In this document: positions 1 through 10,128 of the stretch, one piece after another | Layout of the letters: each line of letters starts with the position of its first letter | Numbering within the stretch: position 1 is the stretch's first letter | NCBI GenBank assembly: GCA_963825865.1 | Contig: CAWGVG010000020.1 | Location: 1 to 20,522, forward strand | Reading direction: 5' to 3' | Source: an uncultured Nitrososphaeraceae archaeon | GTDB lineage: Archaea > Thermoproteota > Nitrososphaeria > Nitrososphaerales > Nitrososphaeraceae | DNA: 20,522 nucleotides | The notes under the pieces: generated by a model | Databases searched by the model: none | What the model was told of the DNA's origin: nothing | The model's input: the letters and a program-made list of their open reading frames with translations, nothing else | Translations under genes and position numbers: made by a program

Positions 1-26
1 TTCCCACGATGGAAATACACACGTTT

Positions 27-186
27 GTTTAAATCGTACGTATAATAGTGTAGAAACGCGCCATACTGCTCTATATTGTCATAGTAGCCATTAGTTTAAA
101 TCGTATATAATAGTTTAGAACCACGGAAATACAAGACAGGATATAATTAGAATCGACGTTTAAATCGTCGATTGTACTATATACTT
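27..186 (+). CRISPR. Degenerate (trailer) end of a CRISPR array, type I-like ~30-bp repeats
   Basis: GTTTAAATCGT recurs at 27, 94 and 158 (period 67/64). R1 GTTTAAATCGTACGTATAATAGTGTAGAAAC (27-57) has the typical GTTT...GAAAC ends. R2 is GTTTAAATCGTATATAATAGTTTAGAACC (94-122). R3 is conserved only at its 5' end. Spacers are 36 and 35 bp. It lies next to a cas8-like gene and probably continues left of the window. Confidence 0.75.
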
Positions 187-220
187 ATTTCGTCACTCAC
201 TGTAAATGTTCAAGTCTGTA

Positions 221-1373
221 CTATAGTAATGTTGTAAATAGAAGTCTGAAGAGATATAGAACTTCATATACAGACTCCTCGCCTTGCTTGTTTATGCAGA
301 GTGCTTTCCAACTAGCATTATAGTCAAAGTCCTCGTTTTCTTCCGCTAGTCTTTTGAATTGATTTCTCAACCAATTTGCATGTATGCGTCCATGAGCCAA
401 CCCACCTAGCACGCCCCTAATAAGCCTCTCTCTTCCTCTTCTCTCAATGTATGAGTTAAAGATTGCAGTTCCTATGGTGATAACTCTATTCTTAAACTCT
501 TGATTATTGTTTAACTTGTCATTATCTGCTTCCTCAATAGTCTTAAAACCTGCAATATCAGAGAGCATATAATACCTTATGAGTTGCCAAGGATTACCCA
601 GATGAGAGACAACGAAGAGATCATAATATTCATCAAATGTAATGCTTCCTTCTTCAGCCATTTCAATAATCCTCTGCTTAACAGTATTTTGCTTTTTAAT
701 TTCTTTATGAATATCTATGCCTAGGCCCTTATGCTTTTCAGGATCAACCTTAGAGTTTACATACTGTGCTATTTTGTAGGCAGTATGAAGTGTTTTAGCT
801 GGATAGTTTCGTATATGCGTTTGATATAATAAGAAGAGTTCAGAGGAAGCGCCCTCGTTGCTAAACTTCTTTGACGGGTATAAAGGAAGGTAATCTAGCT
901 TTTTGGTAATGCAGTTAAGGAAGGAATAATTATAAGATTTGTCCTTAACGGTTAATTCTCTGATGTCGTTATCAAGTCCATATTTCGCAGCTTTATGCAG
1001 AAAGTTTAACGAGAAGTTAGGAATTGTATCTAGTTGGCAATCTGCTTTATTTCCAAGATTTGATAATAGCCACATAGTCAAAGAAGTATTGGGATCAACT
1101 CTTATCCCCATTTTCATAATTGCAAGCAATGTATCAACAGCTACGCCATTAACTTCTTTTTTTCCTATAGTCTCAATTTTATCCTCACTGCTTGCAGAAA
1201 GTCCATTGCTAATTTTATTCACTAGATCCTTTACCCATTGATACCAGAATGTTGTCGATGTTGATTGAAATACTGTTAAAAGTCCTTTGATTAGAATAAC
1301 TCCTTGTGGTAAATACTGTTACTGCAAACAAGCATTTTGCACAGATATTTAATGAACGTGAACCACTAGGCAG
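221..1373 (-). pseudogene. cas8: Type I CRISPR large subunit Cas8 (Cst1/Cas8a1-Cas8b1, CxxC type), N-terminally truncated
   Basis: The 333-aa ORF extends upstream across a +1 frameshift near 1320 to LPSGSRSLNICAKCLFAVQYLPQG (CxxC at 1332-1343). LTMWLLSNLGNKADCQLDTIPN resembles the Cst1-family 'xxLxNxGxxxxxxxxxLP' segment. In-frame stops lie directly upstream of 1373. It is adjacent to CRISPR repeats. Family recognised from memory, no HMM run. Confidence 0.65.
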
Positions 1374-1493
1374 CTACTATTACATGAAAAAACCAGCAGG
1401 GTTGTTTCAATATTAAAATAGTTCATTTTTGGTGAAACTTCAAGATGAAATCCTACTCAGACAGGATAAACGGATATCGCTAGAGGTGAAAAT

Positions 1494-2472
1494 GTGACAA
1501 AAGATTCGGGTTTTCAGGTTCCCTGGGGTCTCCGGCCAACACGGAGAACGCGTTGGACTTGTCATGGATGGCACGAATGCGGCAGGCTCCAGTAAAACTG
1601 TTGCCGCAAGAAGCTCCAGGAGTACGGCAAATATCGATGTTACAATCACCTTGCTCGCCAGACATATTGACTACACTCGCAACCATTCCAACAAAAACAT
1701 CTACAATACGCTTCAGGAACATCCATTGTGCCAACCTATCCGCGTCATCCGCTCGTTATGGCACAGCAGGCTCTGTCAATATATGATATTGCACCTGGTC
1801 GATTGCGCCTTGGGATAGGTCCCAGTAATCAGTCCATTATCGAGGGCATCTATGGCTTACCACAGACAACACCATTAGCCCATCTGCGCGAATATGTAAA
1901 TGTGCTACGTAAAGTGCTATGGGAAGGTAAAGTGGATAATCATGGACAGTTCTTTAATGTTCAAGTGACATTCCCACATCTACGTCGCATATTCCAGTGT
2001 TAATTTCAACATTAGGAAAGAAAGCATTTCAACTGGCTGGAGAAATCGCTGATGGAGCACTTTCATTTATGTGTCCAGTTCCGTATTTGATTCGAACTGC
2101 AATTCCGACTATGCACACAACAACAGCCCAGTTGGAAGATCCGCCCCCCATTGGTGGCACATGTTTAAGTGGCGCTCAGTCAGGATCGTGATTATGTCCT
2201 TGTTACAGGACATCAACTGTTTGATATGCCCTGGGAAATTTCCTTTTTATGCTAAAATGTTTGCTGATGCAGGTTTTCCATTAACAGCCAGTCAAATGAT
2301 ATCTGACTCGCTTATAGACAGTTTGATAGTATCAGGAAATGAAGATACTGTGGCTTCACAGTTTACCAAACTTCTGACTGGAGGTTTAGACGAGCTATAT
2401 GTAGGCCTAGTGCCTATAATAGATGCCGATAATGAGCAGTCACGACTTGTGAATTTGATCGGTCAGCTGTAG
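1494..2472 (+). pseudogene. LLM-class (luciferase-like, probably F420/flavin-dependent) oxidoreductase, multiply frameshifted
   Basis: Pieces in several frames: RVGLVMDG, GVRQI, DILTTLA..TKTSTIR, VPTYPRHPLVMAQQA...PGRLRLGIGPS, LGKKAFQLAGEIADGAL, GLDELYV. GAGGTGA precedes a GTG at 1494. Confidence 0.85.
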
Positions 2473-3099
2473 AGATAGCAAGTTCACTAATCATCAATCA
2501 TTACATCATTATTATTATATTCAACTCCCCAATCTGACTTTAGAAAAACAACGAGATTTCGCCAAGGCTTATTTGTTATGTCTTTGCTTTCGTTTGGAGT
2601 TAATCAGGAGCTTGACATAATCATTACTGTCTGTCTTACTGTCCGGAGGAGGATATCTTATCGTTGACCAATATGTTGTAGTAACAAGTCAACTAATACC
2701 TACACAGACGATTTCTAATAAGATAACGAATCAGATGGCAGTAAGACAACCGGAACCTTCAACACCACCACCAGATCCTGATTGCTATCCTTCATATTCA
2801 GTATGGATGCCTGCTTCTCCACCACTTTTATGCGATATCAGTTTGTTTTCTAATCAGAGATATCTGAAACCCTTTTTATGTTTGTCATACGGTTTCATTT
2901 TCCCATGGTACTCTAATCAACGGTTTTCCGTTCAATATATCCAAAGGAACTAAAGGGAATATCTTAGAAGGGATTTCAGAGGTATTCGGTTGACAACCAT
3001 CCAAAATCTTGTCAAACTATATGATAAATTGAGTTTGGATATCGAATTAGAAAAACATAAGGCAATGTACTTGTTACTATAGATAAGAAACATAGTAAG

Positions 3100-3510
3100 T
3101 ACCGGGTTCTGATTCCCAAAGATGGAAATCCCTTTTTCCAAATTGACTGAATGGGACGTCCATTTGTTAACGTAGCCTTTACTAGGGCAGAGGATAAGGA
3201 CACGTTTAATCGCATTGAGCCAACACGCGACCGGGAACTCTTTACCAAGAAGTTTGCTGATCTCTTAGAGTCGTTTGGACATAACCCCGAGAGTGCTCAG
3301 CAGACAGCTCTCAGCCTTCTGCCAGATATCCTAGACTACGATTACTCTAGTTCCGAAGGCTATCGTAATGGTCGGAAGCTAACTGACGATATTATCGATA
3401 TCCAACTGGCCGTCTTAACGAATGGACGAGTGACTACGGACAAAGTAGGCCCCCATCAAGACCTGCTTGCAACGTCCCCTTATTTAGGCTCTCCACATCC
3501 AACCGCCTAA
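3100..3510 (+). pseudogene. DUF4331-family protein, C-terminal fragment
   Basis: QID*MGRP (QIDRMGRP motif with a stop codon), LLPDILDYD, NGRKLTDD and PYLGSPH at the C-terminus. The N-terminal part is absent. Confidence 0.7.
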
Positions 3511-3634
3511 CCGCACTCCACTTCCTTCCAGAGAGGATATTGCAATGCTGAAGTTTTTTTCCAATGTAAAACACCAAATGAAGTTTCAACATTACCTTAC
3601 ATACAAGTATGCTTTGATTGGTTCGATCTGTTTC

Positions 3635-5310
3635 CTATTCCTGGAGGACTTTATGAATAAATGAGATCGCAATCGATCCTTCGCCCACTGCGGACGCAAC
3701 ACGCTTGATGCTGCCGCCTCGCACGTCGCCCACTGCGAAAACCCCCGGCAAACTGGTTTCGAGCAAGTACGGTTGACGGGTAATGGGCCAGCCTGCAGTG
3801 CTCAGATTTTCTGGCGACAGATCGGGACCCGTCTTAATGAAGCCTTTAGCGTCGAGTGTAACGCAGCCATTGAGCCAACGGGTGTTCGGAGTCGGCGCCG
3901 GTCATGACGAACACGTGGCTGATGTTGTGCTCCTCAGTCTGTCCCGTTTGACTGTTTCGCCAGCGAACTAATTCGAGGTGATCGCCTCCTTCAAGCGCCA
4001 CGATCTCAGTGTACGGCCGTAATACTATCGTAGCAGTCTCTTCGATCCGGCGAATCAGATAGCGCGACATGCTCTCGGCTAAACCGGCAGACCTGACCAG
4101 CATGTGCACGCGCTTTGTAGTCTCCGCCAGAAACACGGCCGCCTGACCGGCTGAGTTTCCTCCACCAACCACAATCACTTCTTCTCCGCCACACAACTGC
4201 GCTTCCACAAAGGTCGCACCATAATACACGCCCGCACCTTCAAAGCGCGACAAGTTTTTCCAATGGCGGCCTTCGATACTCCGCCCCGGTTGCAATCACG
4301 ATAGTGCGTGCAGGAATTCGAGCTCCGTTCTCGACTTCGACAACGTACGGTTTGCTGTCGCAGACGAGTCGCGTGCCCTTGGCGATGAGCATCTCCGCGC
4401 CGAACTTCTGCGCCTGGTGGTACGCCCGAGCTGCGAGCTCCTGGCCAGAGATACCTGTGGGAAATCCCAAGTAATTTTCGATTTTTGAGCTTGAACCTGC
4501 CTGGCCTCCAGGCGAACTCGTTTCCAGCATCAGAACGTCAAGCCCTTCTGAAGCGCCATACACTGCCGCAGCCAACCCCGAGGGACCGGCGCCGATGATG
4601 ACGAGATCGCGCACCTGAGTTTGGTCAATAGATTCATTGAAGCCGAGGCAGTCTGCAATTTGCTGGTTACTGGGATTCCGAAGCACAACCTTCCCTCGGC
4701 AGATCACCACGGGTATCTCGCTGGCTGCGAGATGGAAACTATCCAATAGGTTCTGTACGTCAGGGTCGCGTTCGAGGTCTATGTAGGAGTATGGATGTCC
4801 GTTGCGCATCAGGAACTCTTTGATCCGAAGTGTACCGGCCGAATGCGTTGAGCCGATGAGCACAACATCTCCCACGCCAGCCGCCACCAACTCAACCCTG
4901 CGGAGAATGAAAGCCCGCGTCAGGATCTCACCAAGCTCCGCATCGCTCTGGATCAAAGCCCGCATATCTTGCCGATCCAGTTCGATCACCTTACCCGGTT
5001 TAGTGGAACGCACGCGAAAGAGAGTCCGGTGGCCGGAGAGCGTGCCGACCTCGCCCGTGAATTGACCAGGACCATGTACGGTGACAAGGGTCTCAACAGG
5101 GAACAAAGGGCGCACAACCTCAAGCTCGCCGGAGACAACGACAAAGAACGGCGCGGCGCTGTCTCCCTGCTCGTAGAGCACTTCGCCACGCTCCACCGCA
5201 CGCATGTGCCCGCGCGCTGCAATGCGACGAATCTGCGCTGGCGTTAATTTCGGAAATATTTGCTCAATATGAGATCTGGTTAGCGGAAGTCCCCTGCGTG
5301 TATTGCTCAT
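3635..5310 (-). CDS. cNMP-binding domain-thioredoxin reductase-like FAD oxidoreductase (frameshifts near 4260 and 3885)
   Basis: N-terminal cNMP domain (GEVLYEQGD..FFVVVSGELEV..GPGQFTGE) and a glutaredoxin-like linker. IIGAGPSGLAAAVY, GGQAGSSSKIENYLGFPTG, VVGGGNSAGQAA and PGVFAVGDVRGGSIKRVASAVGEG follow; TAG at 3635-3637. Confidence 0.9.
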
Positions 5311-5389
5311 AGTGGTAGTTTACATGCAGATGCTCCTCATAAATCATCGCTCGGAACTTTCTAGCTCGATCTGAGGAATCGGTGCGAAA

Positions 5390-6434
5390 GCTGGGTTTAA
5401 CATTTTGCCAATAAGGAAACGGTAGTGAGCTAAATGGCTCAAAATTGAAGCCTATACTTCTAACCACATAGATGCTTACGGGGCATTTAGGATCATCCCA
5501 GAGTTCATATTGCTAGACGAAGCCGATTTTTTCAAAAAGGAGAACAAGAAGATGTTAGACACGTATCGGAAAGATACATTGCAAAATCAGACCCTTACAT
5601 TGTTATGGTTTCAACGCCAAATGCTCCCGACGGCTTATTTGAACATATAGAAAAAGAAGATGAAGAAACCTGCCTGTACAAAAGATTGCTCTTAGATTAT
5701 ACTTATGGCCTTGACAAGATATACACTCAAGAGGAGATAGACAAGGCCAAGGCCTCGCCATCCTTTGAAAGGGAATACAATTTAAAATACCTGGGACTTA
5801 TTGGAAATGTCTTCCATACCAAAGATATTAAAACAGAGATACAGAAAGGCACGGGATACAGCCCGTCTGAGATAAACGACTACTCCCAGAAATCAATGGG
5901 CATAGACCGGGCTTTAGGGTAATCTGCCTTTGGAATTGTGATTACACAGCAAGTTGAAAACCAGATACAGATAATGCACGCCAAGGAATACCAGAGGCCT
6001 GACTTTAACCAGATGCTATCTGTTGTGTGGGACCTCTTCAGGAGGTTTGGCAAAATAAACAAAATATACATCGATGGCTCCAACCCCTCATTCATACGGG
6101 CTCTGAAGATACAGATAGGAGAAGACGAAGAATATGAGGAGATAAAAGGAAGCAAAAGGCGGAAAAAGAAGAAATTATGAGTTTAGCATGGATGTCATCC
6201 CCGTAAACTTTTCAACTGAGCACAAGTGCATGCTGGGGAATTGCAAAATGTACTTGGAAAGAGAAGGGGGATATATTGCAATAAATCCAAAATTTGACAA
6301 GCTCATAACATCACTCAGAACGGGCAGTGGAAAATGATGCTGTATTGAACAAGGAAGCCACATCATATGATGATGTGTTTGACGCTTTTAGGCTGGCGAT
6401 GCACTTCTATAGATTAAGTGAATATCAAAGATGA
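5390..6434 (+). pseudogene. Terminase large subunit-like fragment (ATPase C-half plus RNase H-like nuclease)
   Basis: Walker B FILLDEADF near 5504-5530, coupling motif MVSTP, SFEREY, nuclease SMGID, IYIDGSNPSFI and terminal SYDDVFDAFRLA. Several frameshifts and stops; Walker A is missing. Confidence 0.7.
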
Positions 6435-6503
6435 TAACAACTATTGAAAGAGCTTGCAGATATGGTAGTTACAGGTTACAGATGTTTCTAATTTGCATTT
6501 CCC

Positions 6504-6524
6504 ATTTGGTATTTGGTATTTGGT
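6504..6524. repeat. Tandem repeat (ATTTGGT)x3
   Basis: Read directly from the sequence. Confidence 0.85.
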
Positions 6525-7113
6525 GCTTATTTCTGCATTGTTTTATGTTGAAACGGATAATTGAGTTATAGGTCAGATTAACATTGGTCTATCGATTAAG
6601 CACTCTTCAAAGAGGTATATGTTCTCAGTTCCGTCCTCTAAGTCGCGGATGTATTTGTTAACTCCAGCCTTGAATTCGATAAAATAAGTTTTGACATAGA
6701 ATGTGTATCTATTACTTGCAGGATCATAATCAATCCCATGATTGCCATCATGAAGAGCAACTTAGAGGACAGTATAAATTGCTTCAAACGCGGGGAGAAA
6801 GGCCAAACTATCATAAGTAATAATCCATCATCTAGTGAAGGCGTACCATTTGCTGAAGTGTTAGTGCTAATAGGCTTTAATATTGACTTTCCATGTTTTT
6901 CAGCCTAACGTTGCCAACACACAACCAGGGAATGCCAATTAGAGCCTATTCTGAAGCATTTGTTGCAGCGAGCCTTCTGTAGGTGGATTTGATCGTTATT
7001 TACTATAAAACATCAGACATCCTAAGGCTAACTATATACCAAATTATCAAATGAAATTGGTAAAAATTATGAATTGGGAATTATGCACCCACACTCATTT
7101 ATTTAGACTATTG

Positions 7114-7645
7114 TTAATTATTTAAATCAGTAGTAGTCTTACGCAAATACTCAGTAATCCTATCATCAAGCATTTTATATTGATTTTCGTTTATGTTTCC
7201 CTTTTGCAACAGATATATAATGTCACAACGTAAAGCATCCAAAAAGCCCAGATATTCATTTTTGTTTATGTTTGTAGGTCCTGTCGTTTTACAGAGTTCG
7301 TCATATTTATTATGGATTTTTAATAAATATGTACCCAGAAATTTTGACTGCTTTCTTCCTCTTAAAAAGCCTGGTACGGTTACTATAGCTCCAGTAGCAT
7401 CTGCTCCAGTTCCTATAGCAGTTGAGATAGTAGATAAGGAAAGAAATTTAGTGTTATTATTATTATTTTCTTGTTGTTGAGCAGCTTGCTATTACTTGGA
7501 TATGATCAAAGGTAGAGTAGGCTGCTACGGTTCCGATAACAGACAGGAAGAATATTGCCATGAGAACTATTATCTTATTCTTATTGCTACTTTTCCTTCT
7601 GTGTAATCTATTTCTTCTATTCAAGCTATTCTCATGCATATACAT
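7114..7645 (-). CDS. Hypothetical membrane-anchored protein (one frameshift near 7485)
   Basis: N-terminal TM helix (IIVLMAIFFLSVIGTVAA), then in a shifted frame ISTAIGTGADATGAIVTVPGF...KGNINENQYKMLDDRITEYL...; TAA at 7114-7116. Confidence 0.65.
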
Positions 7646-7819
7646 TATATCCCTCCAGACAAAGTAATGCTACTACTATAGATAATAATAACGAAATATG
7701 ATGGTAGTAAATGAGATTGTTGTTACAAACAAAAAATTGAGGAAGATATTTGTTATGTGCTATCTTCTGCGCATAACAAGTATCAGTTATTGTAGCTGCT
7801 GCTTCTGTTCTTATCATGT

Positions 7820-8518
7820 TCATACTGTTGCTGCTTTAGGTAGCACCAATATTTGGCCAACCATGTTTGGCAGATGTACGTGGCAGATGTAAGTGATGGT
7901 TCCAGGGTTGTTTGCTGTGAATGATACAGTATGGATTTGTCCTCTCATAAGTTCAAAGGTATCTACTCCTTGGACATCAATGACATGATGTGCACCTTGT
8001 ACTCCTATGAAATGGAGAGTTACTTTATCGCCTTGGTTAACGACTATTTGATCTGGGCCGAATGTAAATGATCTAAAGTCCCAAGCTCCTACTTTATTTG
8101 GTGGTGTTATCCTGAATCCTCCTCCAGTTGGTATAGTCGAATTTACAGGAGGCTTCTCTGGTGGATGCAGTGGACTATTCTGGGACAAGTATCACATTTT
8201 ACGCCAGCATTTATATTTGTCATTCCATCAAGGTGTACTGTGTTTATCCAGAATTCCTTGCTAGTTGATTGGTTTGGGTTAACTGCTTTTACTGCTGCTG
8301 CAGTCAGTACTGCTACTACTTACTGCTGATGCAGTCTTGTACTCATTTGATGTTGCTGTATTTTTTCCAGATGGGTAGACTTCTTGTGCCATTACTTTCT
8401 GTAGGTTTTGGCCATTGTTGATGCCAATTATCATGGCTGCTGCTACTACTGATGTAGCTATGATTGCCACAGCCATTAGCTGTGTTTGTTTTGAAGTTAT
8501 TATTTTTTTTCGATTCAT
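7820..8518 (-). CDS. Secreted/membrane-anchored cupredoxin (blue copper) protein, frameshifted
   Basis: Signal/TM anchor and Ser-rich linker, then FTFGPDQIVVNQGDKVTLHF, His (AHH) and the C-x2-H-x3-M type-1 Cu loop YICHVHLPNM. Frameshifts near 8290 and 8183. Confidence 0.85.
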
Positions 8519-8831
8519 GTTCTTCGATCTCTTATCTGTTTTGTTTTCATATAAGCAAGGACACAAATTCCATCGCTGAATTTCAGAAGTGGAATTCGTC
8601 TAACAAGACAAAAATAGCAAAAGTATTTTCAAATGAGTTTAAGCATTTCGCAATTATATCATAGTGTTCTCAAATCTATAAACGTCAAATACGAAAGCAA
8701 CAATGTAATTATAGAAGCTGAACAGAATTTTGATATTATAAAAAAGACGATGGCCAGGTTTTATTCATTAGAATGATGATCATAAAAGAATGATAATAAT
8801 ATCATCAACTCAGTTATTACTACTGCTACTG

Positions 8832-9209
8832 CTATGTACCACTATTATTATCATTTTCTATACTACTTTCAACCATATTTTTTCTGCTTTTTTCTGTATA
8901 ATAGAATCTCAACCATATCATAATAGTGAAAAAGATTGCCGAGCCAACATGAATTTGTGGTCCAATATCTGGCGGCAAAACTGAAAATATAGCAATTCTA
9001 TTATTCTCTATTATTTCTCCTAAAATGTAAACTGCAATAAATACGAATATTTGAAATTGGAAGTTTTTGATACTCTTGGATCTGACTGCAAGCCATACAA
9101 ATATTATGAATGGTACCAGAGACAGAATGAGCGTAATATCACTCATAGAATGTAGAAAATCAGCGGAAGTACTATTACCAGCATTGTTATTTTCAAATAT
9201 ATTTATCAT
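8832..9209 (-). CDS. Small 3-TM membrane protein
   Basis: Three hydrophobic helices. The ATG at 9209 overlaps the upstream gene's stop (ATGA), suggesting translational coupling. Confidence 0.7.
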   Translation of the reverse strand: MINIFENNNAGNSTSADFLHSMSDITLILSLVPFIIFVWLAVRSKSIKNFQFQIFVFIAVYILGEIIENNRIAIFSVLPPDIGPQIHVGSAIFFTIMIWLRFYYTEKSRKNMVESSIENDNNSGT

Positions 9210-9529
9210 GTCTTGAGTTCCTCCTGCTGTTGTTGTTTTCTTGTCTTCCACGTACTAATAAGATACATTATTCCAAAGAAAAGTAATGCCGCCATCGATA
9301 ATGGTTCTAGGAATCCTTTTGCCAATAACCTAAAGCCAATGATTGCAGCAATGTGGTAGAAAACCTGCACTAAAATAAAACCTACAAGTACCATTGTTAA
9401 TTTTCTAAAATGATTATTGTTGTTGTTGATACTCTTTCTTGATTTTAAAATAAAGTAAGCTGGAATTATAGCAGCAACGAGATAAACAATGGCATCAATA
9501 AGGTTATAATAATATTGAGTTTGTAGCAT
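9206..9529 (-). CDS. Small 3-TM membrane protein
   Basis: 107 aa with three hydrophobic helices, a His in TM2 (QVFYH) and a poly-Asn loop. Confidence 0.75.
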   Translation of the reverse strand: MLQTQYYYNLIDAIVYLVAAIIPAYFILKSRKSINNNNNHFRKLTMVLVGFILVQVFYHIAAIIGFRLLAKGFLEPLSMAALLFFGIMYLISTWKTRKQQQQEELKT

Positions 9530-9675
9530 TTTAAGACTAATTCACCACTATTTGACCCAATGCATTATAATGATATTCTACATTAAAAATAGTTATACGA
9601 ATTCCACTTTTGGAATTCACACGTGAAATTCGTGTCTATTTTTATAGAGCAATAAAGCAAATCTGTAGAATAATA

Positions 9676-10103
9676 ATGAATAACATAGATAATCTGAATG
9701 AAGTATCAGAAATAAAAAATCAATATGAGAAGCTGCAGCGAAAATACCAAACACACCTTCCTAAGGTCGATCCCTATCTTGTTTATGACTTGCTGTTACG
9801 ACAGCAGAAAAATCCAGCGACTATGTATATGTATACGTAGAAGTATTTACAAAACAGGGAATAGATACAAACGAAGCCAAAGAATATATATATAGAAAAG
9901 CAGGCATGATACCAGCTGTTTACGATAAGGGTACTCATTATGTAACAAATCAAAAGCTAACGTTAGAAATACTCAAGGAAATTTCTGATTGTGAAGATGT
10001 TTTAGAAGTTGCTGGTGAATATTCTGGTAGCTGTGGGTCTATAGGATCAGTACATGAGCGTACTGAGAAATATAATAATACTACTAATTTATGTAACTAC
10101 TAA
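9676..10103 (+). CDS. Hypothetical protein (frameshift near 9835)
   Basis: MNNID...LPKVDPYLVYDLL, continuing in the shifted frame as VEVFTKQGID..GMIPAVYDKGTHYVTNQKLTLEILKEIS. Confidence 0.65.
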
Positions 10104-10128
10104 GGGATACAATCATCAGGGGAGAAAA

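Noticed and set aside
208-239. Fourth CRISPR repeat as a firm feature
   Set aside because: Needs several gaps, spacing is only 50 bp and it overlaps cas8 codons; kept only as a remark.
939-1241. 100-aa + strand ORF and similar shadow ORFs (3783-3971, 4802-5247, 7193-7480, 11578-11856, 14280-14516, 18320-18622)
   Set aside because: They are antisense or alternate frames of better-supported genes and have no motifs.
1-1373. CRISPR-associated transposon or self-targeting of the integrated element
   Set aside because: No Tn7 genes, and I found no spacer match within the window by eye (not an exhaustive search).
2735-3100. Short ORFs between the LLM and DUF4331 fragments
   Set aside because: No recognisable family; probably decayed sequence.
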